From positions 1 through 31,651 of the IMG/VR virus record IMGVR_UViG_3300017655_000243: a stretch of 31,651 nucleotides of DNA. One strand, 5' to 3'. This stretch comes from a virus. Taxonomy: Duplodnaviria > Caudoviricetes. The translations under genes were made by a program, and so were the position numbers. The notes under the pieces were generated by a model. That model ran no database searches. It was given only the letters and a program-made list of their open reading frames with translations, and was not told the DNA's origin. This document shows positions 9,599-19,681 of this stretch, piece by piece (the stretch's first letter is position 1; each line of letters opens with the position of its first letter).

Positions 9599-10180
9599 TT
9601 AATCCCCGCTTCCTGTTTTACGAAATACATTCTTGTACCAATTATTATAAATAGCATCAGATGTTGATCCTGTAGTTTTCGTTTTAACTCTGCGAACACC
9701 ATCTAATACAATTGGACTAGATACAAAAGTCAATTCGTTAGTATTTGGCTCAGCAGTGTTTGTTTTTGTAGAAGATGCAACTGTTGGGCGGTTGGCAGTA
9801 CAGTTGTACATCACATGTCTCGTCGCTTTAACGTCACCATCAAACTCAAAAAGTAGAGCAAATGGGCTACCTTTAGCATCTGCATTTTCGTGCAATAATC
9901 CGTCCTCTTCGTCGAACTCTTCGCCCAAACAATCTACAGCAAATGATTGAGGAATATTTGCTATCGTCAAAGTACCGTCATAACCTTGGTTGTTAGAAGC
10001 CGAATAATAAAGCATGTCATCAGCGTAAAACTCGATCAAGTCGCCACGAGGATCAGTAGTTAACTCAACCGCACCAGGTAGCGGAACTGGAGATAAAAAT
10101 GTAACTTCACCAGTCGGAGAAATTGTATATTTAGAATAATAGGCATTTTTCAAACCAAAACTGACTTTATTTTCACTCAT
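9599..10180 (-). CDS. Major tail (tube) protein, phi13 family
   Basis: NKVSFGLKN, FYADD, NQGYDGTL, FALLFEFDGD, RHVMYNCTANRP motifs. Confidence 0.92.
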   Translation of the reverse strand: MSENKVSFGLKNAYYSKYTISPTGEVTFLSPVPLPGAVELTTDPRGDLIEFYADDMLYYSASNNQGYDGTLTIANIPQSFAVDCLGEEFDEEDGLLHENADAKGSPFALLFEFDGDVKATRHVMYNCTANRPTVASSTKTNTAEPNTNELTFVSSPIVLDGVRRVKTKTTGSTSDAIYNNWYKNVFRKTGSGD

Positions 10181-10184
10181 ATTT

Positions 10185-10511
10185 TTATAACCTCACATTA
10201 TATATTTTTTGAAATAAATTTTCTGACTCTATATAGGTTTCCGATGACTCATATGGAATCTCGTTTTCATCCAGCAAAGCTTCCACTTTACCTTCTGCCA
10301 CCATATCTTTCCTGTCTGTATAAAGCTCAATGATGATAAAGTTCGATTTGGCATATACTCTGTTGTCAGCAAAGAAGTTGCTAGACTCGTCAACGAAATA
10401 AGTTATATAGGGAGGATTGGGTACTGGATGGGCATCTGTTCCCACAAAATGCGAATAAGCCACTGGATAACCAGTAGCTTTAAGCAGAGTATTAAGTTGC
10501 GTTAATGTCAT
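10185..10511 (-). CDS. Tail terminator / tail completion protein
   Basis: TGYPVAYSHF...PPYITY...FFADN...IELYT pattern; position before major tail. Confidence 0.75.
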   Translation of the reverse strand: MTLTQLNTLLKATGYPVAYSHFVGTDAHPVPNPPYITYFVDESSNFFADNRVYAKSNFIIIELYTDRKDMVAEGKVEALLDENEIPYESSETYIESENLFQKIYNVRL

Positions 10512-10864
10512 GTATGTATCGCCTTCTCTACTCTAGCCTCAAATTTATCAATCAATTGTTGCTCGATAGGCTTAATATGTACCTTTCCAGCAACACGACC
10601 TCCTCCACGTTTTACGTGACCATACTCAAGTAAATGTGTTAGACGAAAATGATCTTCGTTATATAACACATAGCCTTGTTTAGTCTTTTTACGCTTCCAA
10701 CCTTTTGCATAGTCTCCTGTATCCTTCGGACTGTTTGACTGTAATAATGTCACACCTTCTTTTGTCAATTCATCCTGCGCTTTGTGCATTTCTTTTTTAA
10801 GATCGTCTGTGTATTGAGAAACAGCTTTTGCAATCTCTTTAGCTAAATCAGATACTTTAGCCAT
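10508..10864 (-). CDS. HK97 gp10-like neck/tail-completion protein
   Basis: SPKDTGDYAKGW, LTHLLEYGH, GGRVAGKVHI motifs. Confidence 0.85.
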   Translation of the reverse strand: MAKVSDLAKEIAKAVSQYTDDLKKEMHKAQDELTKEGVTLLQSNSPKDTGDYAKGWKRKKTKQGYVLYNEDHFRLTHLLEYGHVKRGGGRVAGKVHIKPIEQQLIDKFEARVEKAIHT

Positions 10865-11168
10865 TTCCAATCACCTTCTCGCATGTTAATTCGATCTCTT
10901 CATTGTTTACTGCATATGTACGAATGACTTTATAAGGAATATCTTCATATTTAATTTTTGTCTCGTTGTTGTATTCGAATCGATGAACCTTTAATACTTT
11001 AGTTGGCTTCAATCCATTTGCTGCCGCATTATAAAATTCGCTTCGACTCACAGACAATTCACAACAAAGTACAGTCTGTTCTATTGGCACGGAAAGTTGA
11101 TTTCCAATCTCATCCTCGACAATAGACTTAGATATTAATGTAACTTCATTATCATAAGTACTACTCAT
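10857..11168 (-). CDS. Head closure protein (head-tail adaptor)
   Basis: DEIGNQ, SVSRSEFYNAAANGLKP, YKVIRTY motifs; ATG 11168 overlaps the 3' end of the upstream gene. Confidence 0.85.
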   Translation of the reverse strand: MSSTYDNEVTLISKSIVEDEIGNQLSVPIEQTVLCCELSVSRSEFYNAAANGLKPTKVLKVHRFEYNNETKIKYEDIPYKVIRTYAVNNEEIELTCEKVIGNG

Positions 11169-11457
11169 GCTGACCACCGCCAACATGAATCATTAAATTA
11201 TGTAGTCGATACTGTAAATGTCTCGGCATAGCTAATTTACCCTGCTCTGTCCCTTCACTTACCGACTTATAACGCCAAGCTGCATAGTCACAAATAAAAA
11301 GAAGATGATAAGAGTTTGAATCATTAAGACTCAAACCTTTCTCACCTTCCAACTCCTCTATCACGCCGTTAACGATAGCTGTAATATATGTATCTCTATG
11401 ACTTGATCGGATACCAAGTCTTTCTTTTACTAAATAGACTATAAGGGTTACATCCAT
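11161..11457 (-). CDS. Head-tail connector protein
   Basis: VKERLGI...RDTYI, DYAAWRY, MPRHLQYRLHNL motifs; follows capsid. Confidence 0.85.
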   Translation of the reverse strand: MDVTLIVYLVKERLGIRSSHRDTYITAIVNGVIEELEGEKGLSLNDSNSYHLLFICDYAAWRYKSVSEGTEQGKLAMPRHLQYRLHNLMIHVGGGQHE

Positions 11458-11612
11458 CCCATCGCCCCCTTAATTGTTGCAATAATATCTGCTTTCAACA
11501 TTGATGTGGTAACTGGAATATCATGACTATATGCGAAATTAATTAACTCCACTTTAGTCATTGATTCCACATTTACCACAGGAGGCAGCGTGAAAGCAGT
11601 TATTACTCCCCC
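11448..11612 (-). CDS. Putative -1 frameshift extension of the major capsid protein; small helix-extension-helix (Rho-N/HeH-like) domain
   Basis: Open -1 frame GVITAFTLPPVVNVESMTKVELINFAYSHDIPVTTSMLKADIIATIKGAMGWM* fills the capsid-connector gap; capsid ends TCG GGG GAG TAA; no well-spaced RBS/start of its own. Confidence 0.6.
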   Translation of the reverse strand, partial: GGVITAFTLPPVVNVESMTKVELINFAYSHDIPVTTSMLKADIIATIKGAMGWM

Positions 11613-12883
11613 GATGCTGGCTCAACAATTGTAGCAAGCACAAAAGCTTTAGCGTTTACAGGCTTACCATCATAACGACCTTTGCCACGGAAAGCTGTTT
11701 GATCTTCGCTGAATTTTACATGCGAAGAGCTATCAATAGTAATATTTTCACGTTCAACAAGCGTATATTGCTGGAAGTCACCGAACAATACTTCATCACT
11801 AGACAAGTTATTGTTAAATACAACTTTCAAACCTAGCAAATCAGGATTATTAAGGTTCGGAAGCTTACCTACAACATTGCCATTTGAGTCTACTTGGATA
11901 CTATACTCGACTAAACGATTGTAATAAGTGGAACGCTTCATAACCGCTACGATCTCACCGATGCTATCAGAACCTGTGTCGATTAGACCAATTTGTTTCA
12001 CAAGATTTTTAATAAGCTTTTCATTTGCTTCTACATTCACTTTGTTAGCCGCAGGTAGACTCGGAATAACTCCAGTTGGCTGCTTATTTGCTGAACCTGT
12101 ACCCTTTACGATTGCTAGATCAAGAGCCTTAGCAATTGCACGAGCTATCTTTTTAGTCACATAATCATCAAGGTTAATGATGCTGTCTTGCAACAAGTAG
12201 TTATCAACAAATGTAACCTTACCAACCTTAAATCCATCAAAATCAACGTTTGTAATAGTACCTACATCACCTGATGGAACAGATGCGGATTGCTCAATCC
12301 AAGTGGCTGCTGCAGTATCAGAGTCGACTAGAATACGAGTAGTACCTTTGACTTGGATTTTATCAACTAGTGGATACAGCGTTGTAAAGTCGCCCATGAT
12401 GTCCATGATTCGATTTACAACAACCTCTGGAATTGTAAGTTCTCCACCTGTTACAGCACGAAGATTCTTAAACTGTTCATAGAAATCAACAACCTCGCTG
12501 CGCTTGTAATAGTCACCGTTTTTAATCAATTCACGAACTTGCATTTTATTCATATGTACATTGCCTCTTTTCTCATTGTTATTTGTGTGGTTACGACTTT
12601 CATTTGTTGGAACTTTGCTATTAAGTTGTTCTAACTCGGCTTCCAGATCACTGATTTCTTGTTCAAGTGTACTTTTTTGACTCTCAAGTTCGGTTTTGTC
12701 TGCGTCTAGCTTATTAACCTCTTCCTCAAGAACCGTCATTTCTTCATCTGTTTGTGCTTCTTCTACCGCAACTTCTAGTTCAGCGGAACGAGTATTAAGC
12801 TCCAGTTCATCGGCTAGTAACTCTGTCAACACCGATTTACGTTGCTCAATCTTTTTATTAAGCATGATTTGTTTGATTGCCAT
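11603..12883 (-). CDS. Major capsid protein, HK97 fold, with N-terminal coiled-coil scaffold (delta) domain
   Basis: Acidic coiled-coil N-terminus; GGELTIPE, GTGSANKQPTGVI, FGDFQQY, FRGKGRYDGKP motifs. Confidence 0.95.
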   Translation of the reverse strand: MAIKQIMLNKKIEQRKSVLTELLADELELNTRSAELEVAVEEAQTDEEMTVLEEEVNKLDADKTELESQKSTLEQEISDLEAELEQLNSKVPTNESRNHTNNNEKRGNVHMNKMQVRELIKNGDYYKRSEVVDFYEQFKNLRAVTGGELTIPEVVVNRIMDIMGDFTTLYPLVDKIQVKGTTRILVDSDTAAATWIEQSASVPSGDVGTITNVDFDGFKVGKVTFVDNYLLQDSIINLDDYVTKKIARAIAKALDLAIVKGTGSANKQPTGVIPSLPAANKVNVEANEKLIKNLVKQIGLIDTGSDSIGEIVAVMKRSTYYNRLVEYSIQVDSNGNVVGKLPNLNNPDLLGLKVVFNNNLSSDEVLFGDFQQYTLVERENITIDSSSHVKFSEDQTAFRGKGRYDGKPVNAKAFVLATIVEPASGE

Positions 12884-13462
12884 CTAATTTAATCTCTCCT
12901 TTAGTTTTTGCTTTCGTTGCTCTAATTGTCTTGCTTTGTATTGCTCTACTTCAGCATGTCTGGCTTGAACACCAGTTGCTTCATATGCGGGAAATGTGAC
13001 CACCGAAACTTCATGTAAATCAATTTCTTCAATCGTCCATTTCACTGTCCCATCATCACGCCAATCAGTAGACTCTTTATTTATGTTAAATCCGAAAGAG
13101 CATTGATCTACGTCTCCACGTTTAACACGCTCATAAAGATTAACTGCATCCGTATCTTTCGAATTGACCTTAATACGTCCCCATAATCCATAACTATCTG
13201 CTTTAAGCTCCAACGTTCCTGACTTGTTTCGTCCTAGTACCAATGAAGTATCATGATTAATCAAAGCTCGAACATCATTGCTAAGTGTATTATCAAAAGC
13301 ACCTAAAGCAATTTCCTCATAAGCTCCTCGCCATAACTCAGTTTCCTTATTAAATACTGCAAAGTAGCCTTCTATATAAATCTCTTGAGTATCAGATTCA
13401 CTGCGAGTTTTAAGTTCGGATTGAAGGCTTCGTGTTAATTTATCGTTTCTGTTAATCGTCAT
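12884..13462 (-). CDS. HK97-family prohead protease (start ATG 13462 or ATT 13456)
   Basis: [40 protein letters not shown] motifs. Confidence 0.94.
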   Translation of the reverse strand: MTINRNDKLTRSLQSELKTRSESDTQEIYIEGYFAVFNKETELWRGAYEEIALGAFDNTLSNDVRALINHDTSLVLGRNKSGTLELKADSYGLWGRIKVNSKDTDAVNLYERVKRGDVDQCSFGFNINKESTDWRDDGTVKWTIEEIDLHEVSVVTFPAYEATGVQARHAEVEQYKARQLEQRKQKLKERLN

Positions 13463-14639
13463 CACCTCCTTTGGTGAGTTTCTTTTGATCACCCATCATA
13501 GAAGCTGGTATAAAGTTCTCAAGGATGACGAGCTGATCCAATCCTTCTTTAGGTGACATACCTATCCAGTCTCGAACTTCATTGCCTTCCATCAGCCCAC
13601 GAATATATAAATTGGAACTAACGTCTGACAACTCTTTAAGATCGTAAGCATATAGGCTTCGAGGGTTAAACTTGAAATACATATCAGGTGCATAGAGTAA
13701 TTTTCGAGTCATCTCTTGAACGATACCTTGTGCTAATGGCAAGATACGAGTATTGATAAAGGAGTTGTATTCGTCTTTCTTGAAATCTCCAACACCCACA
13801 AAAAAAGCTGGCACTCCTATGAGTCCAGCAACTGTTCGTTTATCCAGTTGTACTGCTTCGTTGATTGCTAAATCGTTTAGTGATAATGGTCTAACCTCTT
13901 GTACTTCTAACATTTCCGCTGGAATAATCCAAGGTTGCCCCGCTTCAGATTTTTTTAGGTACATATCATATACCTTGTCTCTACCTTCTTCGCTTGATAA
14001 CTCCGCTGTCTGGGCATCAACTTTCACAATAAGGCTAGGCATATACTTGCCACTCATAAAACTCTTTTTGGTAGCTGTTGCCTGCTTTAGATTATGTATG
14101 ATATCTTTCAATGCAACCCTATAGCCTGTTCCTATCCATGGTCTGTCAGGATCGGGATTCATCGCAAAGTGCAATACTTCGTTATGATCGTAGAGATTAT
14201 CTCTGTATCTAATCTGATAGCTATAATCGGTATCATTAAAGCTAACCTCATTGGCTTTCAGCGGTATTAATTCATTAATTAAGCCATCTTTGAATTGAGG
14301 ATAAATAACACAGTTTCCATCGCCAGTGGTGAACATGGTATTGACAATGTTATACATCCAAGTCTTCCGAGTCATTAACGAATATGGCTCTATATCAATT
14401 TTTCGTGATAATTGATTACGAACTCTCACATCACCTTTGTCTGTATTTTGCATCAAGTGTATAGTCATACTACTGATGAGATCGGCAATCTTATGTACTG
14501 CCATCTTGACTTCAGGATTGTCAGAGAGCCGAGAATATCCAGTTACGCATAGTGTATCGAAAGCTTCAGGCGATAGTAAAAACCCTACATTAGCTTGCTC
14601 TGATCTTTTTTGCTGTTTTGGTTTTGCCTTTGTTGTCAT
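13452..14639 (-). CDS. Phage portal protein (HK97 family)
   Basis: [38 protein letters not shown]; follows terminase. Confidence 0.94.
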   Translation of the reverse strand: MTTKAKPKQQKRSEQANVGFLLSPEAFDTLCVTGYSRLSDNPEVKMAVHKIADLISSMTIHLMQNTDKGDVRVRNQLSRKIDIEPYSLMTRKTWMYNIVNTMFTTGDGNCVIYPQFKDGLINELIPLKANEVSFNDTDYSYQIRYRDNLYDHNEVLHFAMNPDPDRPWIGTGYRVALKDIIHNLKQATATKKSFMSGKYMPSLIVKVDAQTAELSSEEGRDKVYDMYLKKSEAGQPWIIPAEMLEVQEVRPLSLNDLAINEAVQLDKRTVAGLIGVPAFFVGVGDFKKDEYNSFINTRILPLAQGIVQEMTRKLLYAPDMYFKFNPRSLYAYDLKELSDVSSNLYIRGLMEGNEVRDWIGMSPKEGLDQLVILENFIPASMMGDQKKLTKGGDDD

Positions 14640-16417
14640 GTCTCACCTCCTCCCTTATTGCCATTGAGCCAATTGCCCACTTGTCGTGATGTAGCCATAT
14701 CTTCAAGCATCTGGCAAGCAGCAAAAACAGACGCATCAAATAAATCGATGCGCTTATCATCTTCAACCTTCTCGTATTGAATCATGTCATCTGTCTTCTC
14801 AATGGCTCTCACATTCTGAATACAATACTCATAAGCTTGATTGCTAACATAATAAAACTCTTCGTTTTTCGTCTTGACTTCGATTCGTCTAAACCCTTCC
14901 GATTTACGATGAAAATACTGTGGTTGATTATCGATACTAAAGCCACTCTGCTTCATTTTGTTATAGAACTCTCGCCCAAACTTAATATCAAACCCAACCT
15001 TCTTAATTTTGAATCCTTGTTTTCTCATATTAATAAACCAGTTAACAATATCATCATAATGCACTGTAGCAGTGTTGGAGAGGGTCAGATTTCCATCATC
15101 CTGCCAACCGAACAATGGAATACCATCATCATTAGCTTTCTGATGTGCCTTTAACAACGGAAAGAAAGCATGCGTGATAGCAATATCAATATCCTTCTTT
15201 TGATTATTTTCAGTTATTGTATATCTACCATAGAGACATGCTGCGGTTAAATCGTGCAACTTCGATAGATCAGCGCCACCATACCAGTTGATAGGAAGTT
15301 TCGCCAACTCAGCAAGTGACCAATTATATTTACGATTCGATGCTTTAAACTCGTTTATGTCGAAGTATGCCTTCAATGATGAAGTAAATATATTTAGAGT
15401 TTTATTAAAAAACTCCAAGCGAGTCTGCGGATCATTAGCTGCTAATTCTGCATCACGTAATAAATCATCTAATGTTACTGTAACGCCAAGTGATGGAGAT
15501 GCCATCTCTAATATTGTTGAATCTGTGTAATTAGTAACATTGCCTTTTTCGTCTTGGTCAGCTTTGCATATAAAGATGAAGTATTGATCATCGTTAATTG
15601 TTCCATTTAATACTTTCCGACAGTATTCAAGGCGATTGGCAAGGAATCCTGAAGGCTGATCTCCGGCAGTAGAAATAGCAATAAGCAATTTATTTCGATA
15701 TGCTTTCTGAGCATTTTTCATTAAAGTATAACGCTTAGAGGATTTCCAGCTATGAACCTCATCAAGTATGAGAAGATTAGCATTTAATGAGTCTAATCGC
15801 TCTTCGTCACTTGCTAGTGCCTGAATATAAAAAGAGCCTTCGTTCTTACCAAAATCCTTGGTAATCGAATGCTCTTGATTATTGTCACGTATTCGCATTG
15901 CTTTATCTTCATAGCGTTTAACATTATATGTAAGGAAGCCAAATGATTCCATTGTTTGCTTTAGGCTGTTTGCTACAATGTATAACTTACTTCCACTTTT
16001 ACGTTCGAGTATTGACAATGCCCAACCTAGTGCTGCTGCAAATGCTGTCTTCCCCTGTTTTCTTGGCAAGAAGCATAACACCTCTTGATATCGTCTAAGT
16101 AATGTACCAGCTTTGAAAAAGCCTAGTAAATTGACAACAAAGAACTTTTGCCAAGGTTGAAGTATTAACGGTTCTCCTCTGAGTGGTATACCATTTAAGT
16201 CTTCGCCTTGTTGATGCGTAATTGTTTTTTCTATCAGACCAATCACAGAGTCAAATTGTTCCTGTCTAAAATCCAAGTCATCACGCTTCAAATCATCAAT
16301 GAACCTTTGGGCAGCTTGCTTGTTTTCTTTACACGCTACCTTTTTGCCTGACACAATCGACTCAGCATACACTAATGCAACATAAAAGTGAGAAGAAGTA
16401 ATATGTGATAAATCCAT
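14636..16417 (-). CDS. terL: Terminase large subunit
   Basis: Walker A LPRKQGKT, Walker [14 protein letters not shown], nuclease motifs GGADLS and RIDLFDA. Confidence 0.96.
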   Translation of the reverse strand: MDLSHITSSHFYVALVYAESIVSGKKVACKENKQAAQRFIDDLKRDDLDFRQEQFDSVIGLIEKTITHQQGEDLNGIPLRGEPLILQPWQKFFVVNLLGFFKAGTLLRRYQEVLCFLPRKQGKTAFAAALGWALSILERKSGSKLYIVANSLKQTMESFGFLTYNVKRYEDKAMRIRDNNQEHSITKDFGKNEGSFYIQALASDEERLDSLNANLLILDEVHSWKSSKRYTLMKNAQKAYRNKLLIAISTAGDQPSGFLANRLEYCRKVLNGTINDDQYFIFICKADQDEKGNVTNYTDSTILEMASPSLGVTVTLDDLLRDAELAANDPQTRLEFFNKTLNIFTSSLKAYFDINEFKASNRKYNWSLAELAKLPINWYGGADLSKLHDLTAACLYGRYTITENNQKKDIDIAITHAFFPLLKAHQKANDDGIPLFGWQDDGNLTLSNTATVHYDDIVNWFINMRKQGFKIKKVGFDIKFGREFYNKMKQSGFSIDNQPQYFHRKSEGFRRIEVKTKNEEFYYVSNQAYEYCIQNVRAIEKTDDMIQYEKVEDDKRIDLFDASVFAACQMLEDMATSRQVGNWLNGNKGGGET

Positions 16418-16813
16418 TTAAATCATTCCGTTTTGTCGCATGTATTGATCAGGAGTCATTGATTTAGGAGCTTCATTTTGCTGATGAATAGCATTAGGTA
16501 CAGGTGGAGTATCTTGTTTGAGGGCTTTAGCATTGAGCTGTAGTCTATCGCTATAAGTCGCTATGTCCTTCCGAAGACATTCCATTGCTGTCAATATTGG
16601 AACCTTCCTTTGATTCGTTGCACCTACTTTATTGGTATGCTCTTCAGTTATCTGATAACCCGAATCAATAAATTGCTGCTCGAATAATTGATACTGATAA
16701 ACTAGCCCAGCATATATATCAATGATTTGATCGAATTCTTTTTTGTATGTATTAAGTGATTTCATGTGTTTTATCGTCTGTTTCCTGATTTGCTCTTTTG
16801 ACTTTACACTCAA
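16418..16813 (-). CDS. terS: Terminase small subunit (P27 family)
   Basis: Directly upstream of terL; HTNKVGATN...P...LRKDIATYSDRLQL; RBS AAAGGAGTG with TTG start. Confidence 0.88.
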   Translation of the reverse strand: MSVKSKEQIRKQTIKHMKSLNTYKKEFDQIIDIYAGLVYQYQLFEQQFIDSGYQITEEHTNKVGATNQRKVPILTAMECLRKDIATYSDRLQLNAKALKQDTPPVPNAIHQQNEAPKSMTPDQYMRQNGMI

Positions 16814-16829
16814 TGTATCACTCCTTTCC

Positions 16830-16915
16830 CAAAAATTTATGAAGCGTGGAGGGAAATGGCTACCCTATCCGTTCCCTAAATACTTTATTCAACTAAAGCA
16901 ACATAGGGGGGATTG
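16830..16915 (-). other. Candidate cos packaging region
   Basis: Between HNH and terS, where cos lies in HNH-assisted HK97-like phages; contains CCCCCC and GGGAACGGATAGGG...TTTCCC tracts; exact cut site not determinable. Confidence 0.45.
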
Positions 16916-17222
16916 CTTCATTTCTTCCTCTCTGCCATTGCTCAAACTTATGCTTTACTCGTTCTTGCCATTGCTTGCCTAACTCGGTCATCTCATGTCC
17001 ATCTCTAATATGCATCGCATTATGTTGCTTCTCACATAGACTAATCAAATTCCAATCTACAAAAGCTAACTCAGGATAAAACTCAATAGGATAAATATGA
17101 TGTACAGTTGTAGCTGACACACTCATACCATACCGCTTACTCTCTTGACACATGTATTCGTCTCTTCTTAATATGCTTGCTCGTTTTTGTTTCCATCGTT
17201 TTGTTTTATATATAGGTCTCAT
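16893..17222 (-). CDS. HNH endonuclease (terminase-associated, HK97 gp74-like)
   Basis: RRDEYMCQES, TVHHIYP, NLISLCEKQHNAMH; upstream of terS; likely start MRPIYK. Confidence 0.9.
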   Translation of the reverse strand: MRPIYKTKRWKQKRASILRRDEYMCQESKRYGMSVSATTVHHIYPIEFYPELAFVDWNLISLCEKQHNAMHIRDGHEMTELGKQWQERVKHKFEQWQRGRNEAIPPMLL

Positions 17223-17239
17223 ATCGGAAGGCACTCCAA

Positions 17240-17269
17240 AAAATAATAAAAGCATCCACTTGGGATGCT
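17240..17269 (-). terminator. Terminator after the DUF2513 gene
   Basis: - strand AGCATCC-CAAGT-GGATGCT plus TTTATTATTTT. Confidence 0.7.
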
Positions 17270-17277
17270 AAAGTTAA

Positions 17278-17640
17278 TTAAACTAATAATTCTAAAGTAA
17301 CTTTTGTTAATACATTCTTTACTATATCTATTGGTAACTTCATCAATTCCAAGCCTTGCTTACTTGCTACTTCTTTCGCTTTGCTTAGTACCGTTTCACT
17401 TCTTGCAGAATCCAAAAAGTCATGACCAGTCCATGTTAATCTTATTGGCAAGTACTGTATACCATCGGAAGATGTTGCATCAATTGCTTTAATTAAACCT
17501 GCTTCTTTCATGAGTCCTAAATTATATTGCACATGCTCATCATCAACATCATCTAGATATAATTCGAGTCCTGAGTCTTCGGCTGGTCTTTCTTCAATTA
17601 CTGCAAGAAGTCTAATTATTAACTCTATATCTCTTTTCAA
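17278..17640 (-). CDS. DUF2513-family winged-helix protein (moron)
   Basis: MKRDIELIIRLL...RLTWTGHDFLDSAR signature; RBS GGAGGTG with TTG at 17640. Confidence 0.85.
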   Translation of the reverse strand: MKRDIELIIRLLAVIEERPAEDSGLELYLDDVDDEHVQYNLGLMKEAGLIKAIDATSSDGIQYLPIRLTWTGHDFLDSARSETVLSKAKEVASKQGLELMKLPIDIVKNVLTKVTLELLV

Positions 17641-17661
17641 ACTGCACACCTCCACAAAACA

Positions 17662-17708
17662 AGAACATATGTTTCTTTTATTGTATCACATTAATATGGA
17701 AGCGTCAT
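17662..17708 (-). promoter_or_regulatory. Sigma-A promoter with overlapping LexA/DinR SOS box
   Basis: -35 ATGACG (17703-17708), 17 bp, extended -10 TGATACAAT; AGAACATATGTTTC at 17662-17675 fits the Bacillus CGAACRNRYGTTYC box at 13/14. Confidence 0.7.
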
Positions 17709-17717
17709 CCATGTAAA

Positions 17718-18050
17718 TTACTCAATATACCCCTTTTTAACATTAACTATTCCCATCGTCACCGTACTAACATTACCATCAACATCCCGTATCTCGCATT
17801 CATGCCTATACACACCAGACTTAACATTTACCGTATCTGCAGAATCAAGCCTAACTTTAATCACACTACTCTCGCTAGCCTCATTAACTTCAACAAAATT
17901 TCCATTTCCTGATTCCTTGCTGACTATCTCAAGTCCATTTTTATGCATCAGCCACTTAACAATTGAACCAGTCAAATCCTCATCAATGACAATATGAATG
18001 TCAGTTGAATCGCCATTAATCATCTCGAAGTTTTGATTTATTGCTGTCAC
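17718..18050 (-). CDS. Small beta-sandwich protein (BppU N-terminal-like), probable virion accessory
   Basis: NFEMINGDS...DLTGSIVKW...LDSADT...GVYRHECEIRD.DGNVSTV pattern. Confidence 0.6.
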   Translation of the reverse strand: MTAINQNFEMINGDSTDIHIVIDEDLTGSIVKWLMHKNGLEIVSKESGNGNFVEVNEASESSVIKVRLDSADTVNVKSGVYRHECEIRDVDGNVSTVTMGIVNVKKGYIE

Positions 18051-18051
18051 A

Positions 18052-19002
18052 TTATATGCCTCCTCTCAGTATTATTGTTTTTTGTCGTTTGCCTTTCAGC
18101 ATAATCACTGGAGGTTTAGAGCCTTTAAGATACACACGTCTAATCAACTCAACGCCATCTGACATCTCGATTATCGTAATTAGTATCGGATATTGTACAA
18201 TCTGCTCTTCAAATAATCGTTGGATCATCTTAAATCGACTACTCGAATCTTGATATACAATTATCTTAGTTGGATAAGTAACACTCAAGTCATCATATAT
18301 GACAACTTTTGTCGGATAGTTATAATCTGCATCTGCATATACCAATTGTTGAATTGGATGCTCAATACCAATGTCACTATAAATAAGCTGAACCATATCA
18401 TAATGATTAGTCACATCACTATAAACAATCTGCCTAGTAGACACATTATCAGACATATCCGAATATATTCGCTGCTCTAAAGTGTATGTATAAACAACAT
18501 CCTCACTGCTCGGCGTATCCTGAATGAATGTGCCACCTGATATAATCGCATGATTGCCATTACCAGACTGGTCTAGTCCATTGCCCAAAGTAAAATCATA
18601 GTGAGCTGCTAATATTCTGCCTGCTCTAAACAGTTTTATGTCGTATATCCTGCCTTTTAAAAATTGAGCAATTGAGTTTGTAAAAAACCATGAATATGTA
18701 CTACCAGTATTTAAACCACTTTTTAATACCCCTCGCATTACATGCCTTTGCCCAATAGTCAAAAATGCTGTATTAAATACCACCTGCACACCATCAACAT
18801 ATATAGCTGCGAAACTATCAGCAACTTGGATATTTAATGTTGTACTATTGAAATTTATTCCATAATTTCCGAAGTTAACTATTCGATGCCATGACTCATG
18901 TTCTTCAATGATAAAATCCATTTCAAACTCAACTAAATTATTTGCTGATATTGGAGTTTGAAGTTTATCATCAACACCATCCATAAAGAGGTAATAGCTC
19001 AT
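18052..19002 (-). CDS. Fibre-like protein: N-terminal LamG/concanavalin-like domain plus eight 14-aa repeats
   Basis: YLFMDGVDD...FLKGRIYDIKLF...AHYDF...DQSGNGNHA; repeats D-x8-(Q/V/I)-x-(I/V)-Y-x encoded at about 18166-18501. Confidence 0.7.
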   Translation of the reverse strand: MSYYLFMDGVDDKLQTPISANNLVEFEMDFIIEEHESWHRIVNFGNYGINFNSTTLNIQVADSFAAIYVDGVQVVFNTAFLTIGQRHVMRGVLKSGLNTGSTYSWFFTNSIAQFLKGRIYDIKLFRAGRILAAHYDFTLGNGLDQSGNGNHAIISGGTFIQDTPSSEDVVYTYTLEQRIYSDMSDNVSTRQIVYSDVTNHYDMVQLIYSDIGIEHPIQQLVYADADYNYPTKVVIYDDLSVTYPTKIIVYQDSSSRFKMIQRLFEEQIVQYPILITIIEMSDGVELIRRVYLKGSKPPVIMLKGKRQKTIILRGGI

Positions 19003-19007
19003 CGATA

Positions 19008-19301
19008 CTACCCCCTATGCTCCTCAATTATTTCGCATGGCTTAGTAACTTGTTCATCATGCGAACACAAATGCCAATTGATATATGAACCACTGTTAGC
19101 ATCAACAAAAGGCTTCAAATCATCGAATAATCTAGTTTTGTCAGCATCTGTATTAACCCAAGCCTCAAACACGAATAAACTTGCCTCAGTCTCATCAATT
19201 ATCGAATCGCTTACCAATCGCCAAAGTTGATAGTCATTTATAACAGCAATAATCGCATCGCCATTTGCAACTTTGATCTGTCCTCGTATACTGTACTTCA
19301 T
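19008..19301 (-). CDS. Hypothetical protein (97 aa)
   Basis: Tightly spaced in operon; C-terminal HLCSHD...PC cluster. Confidence 0.7.
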   Translation of the reverse strand: MKYSIRGQIKVANGDAIIAVINDYQLWRLVSDSIIDETEASLFVFEAWVNTDADKTRLFDDLKPFVDANSGSYINWHLCSHDEQVTKPCEIIEEHRG

Positions 19302-19303
19302 AA

Positions 19304-19681
19304 TTAGACCGCATACTTTCTGCTGCTAATTGTAAGTTGAATATCGCTCTTATTTACCACATCAGCAACAGAAGAAGTTGTCACCTTCACCCAAAATGGC
19401 TTTCCAACACTATTATCAGCTATGTCAGCCATACTTAACGATGAAGCAAATGTTCCAGCTGCTCCACTAACGTCAGGAGCCAAGCTGACCCAAGAAGCCT
19501 CGCTTGTACCTGTAGTGTCATTTGGCGTTATCACAATATCCTCAAATCTTCTAATAGCATCGCTATTGAACAGCCAAAGTCTTACTGTAACAGCCGATCC
19601 TGTTATTGGATGCTCAGTTGTAATTGGATTTGATTCGCTTACGATGTCGGTTAGTGCTTGATTTTTTGATATTTTTAACAT
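19304..19681 (-). CDS. Hypothetical beta-rich protein (125 aa), possible virion accessory
   Basis: RBS AGGAGGG; Ser/Thr/Val-rich; PFWVKVT motif. Confidence 0.7.
   Translation of the reverse strand: MLKISKNQALTDIVSESNPITTEHPITGSAVTVRLWLFNSDAIRRFEDIVITPNDTTGTSEASWVSLAPDVSGAAGTFASSLSMADIADNSVGKPFWVKVTTSSVADVVNKSDIQLTISSRKYAV

Noticed and set aside
9596-9610. Frameshift extension of the major tail protein at AGC GGG GAT TAA
   Set aside because: The -1 frame closes after about a dozen codons and the next gene starts 3 nt after the stop
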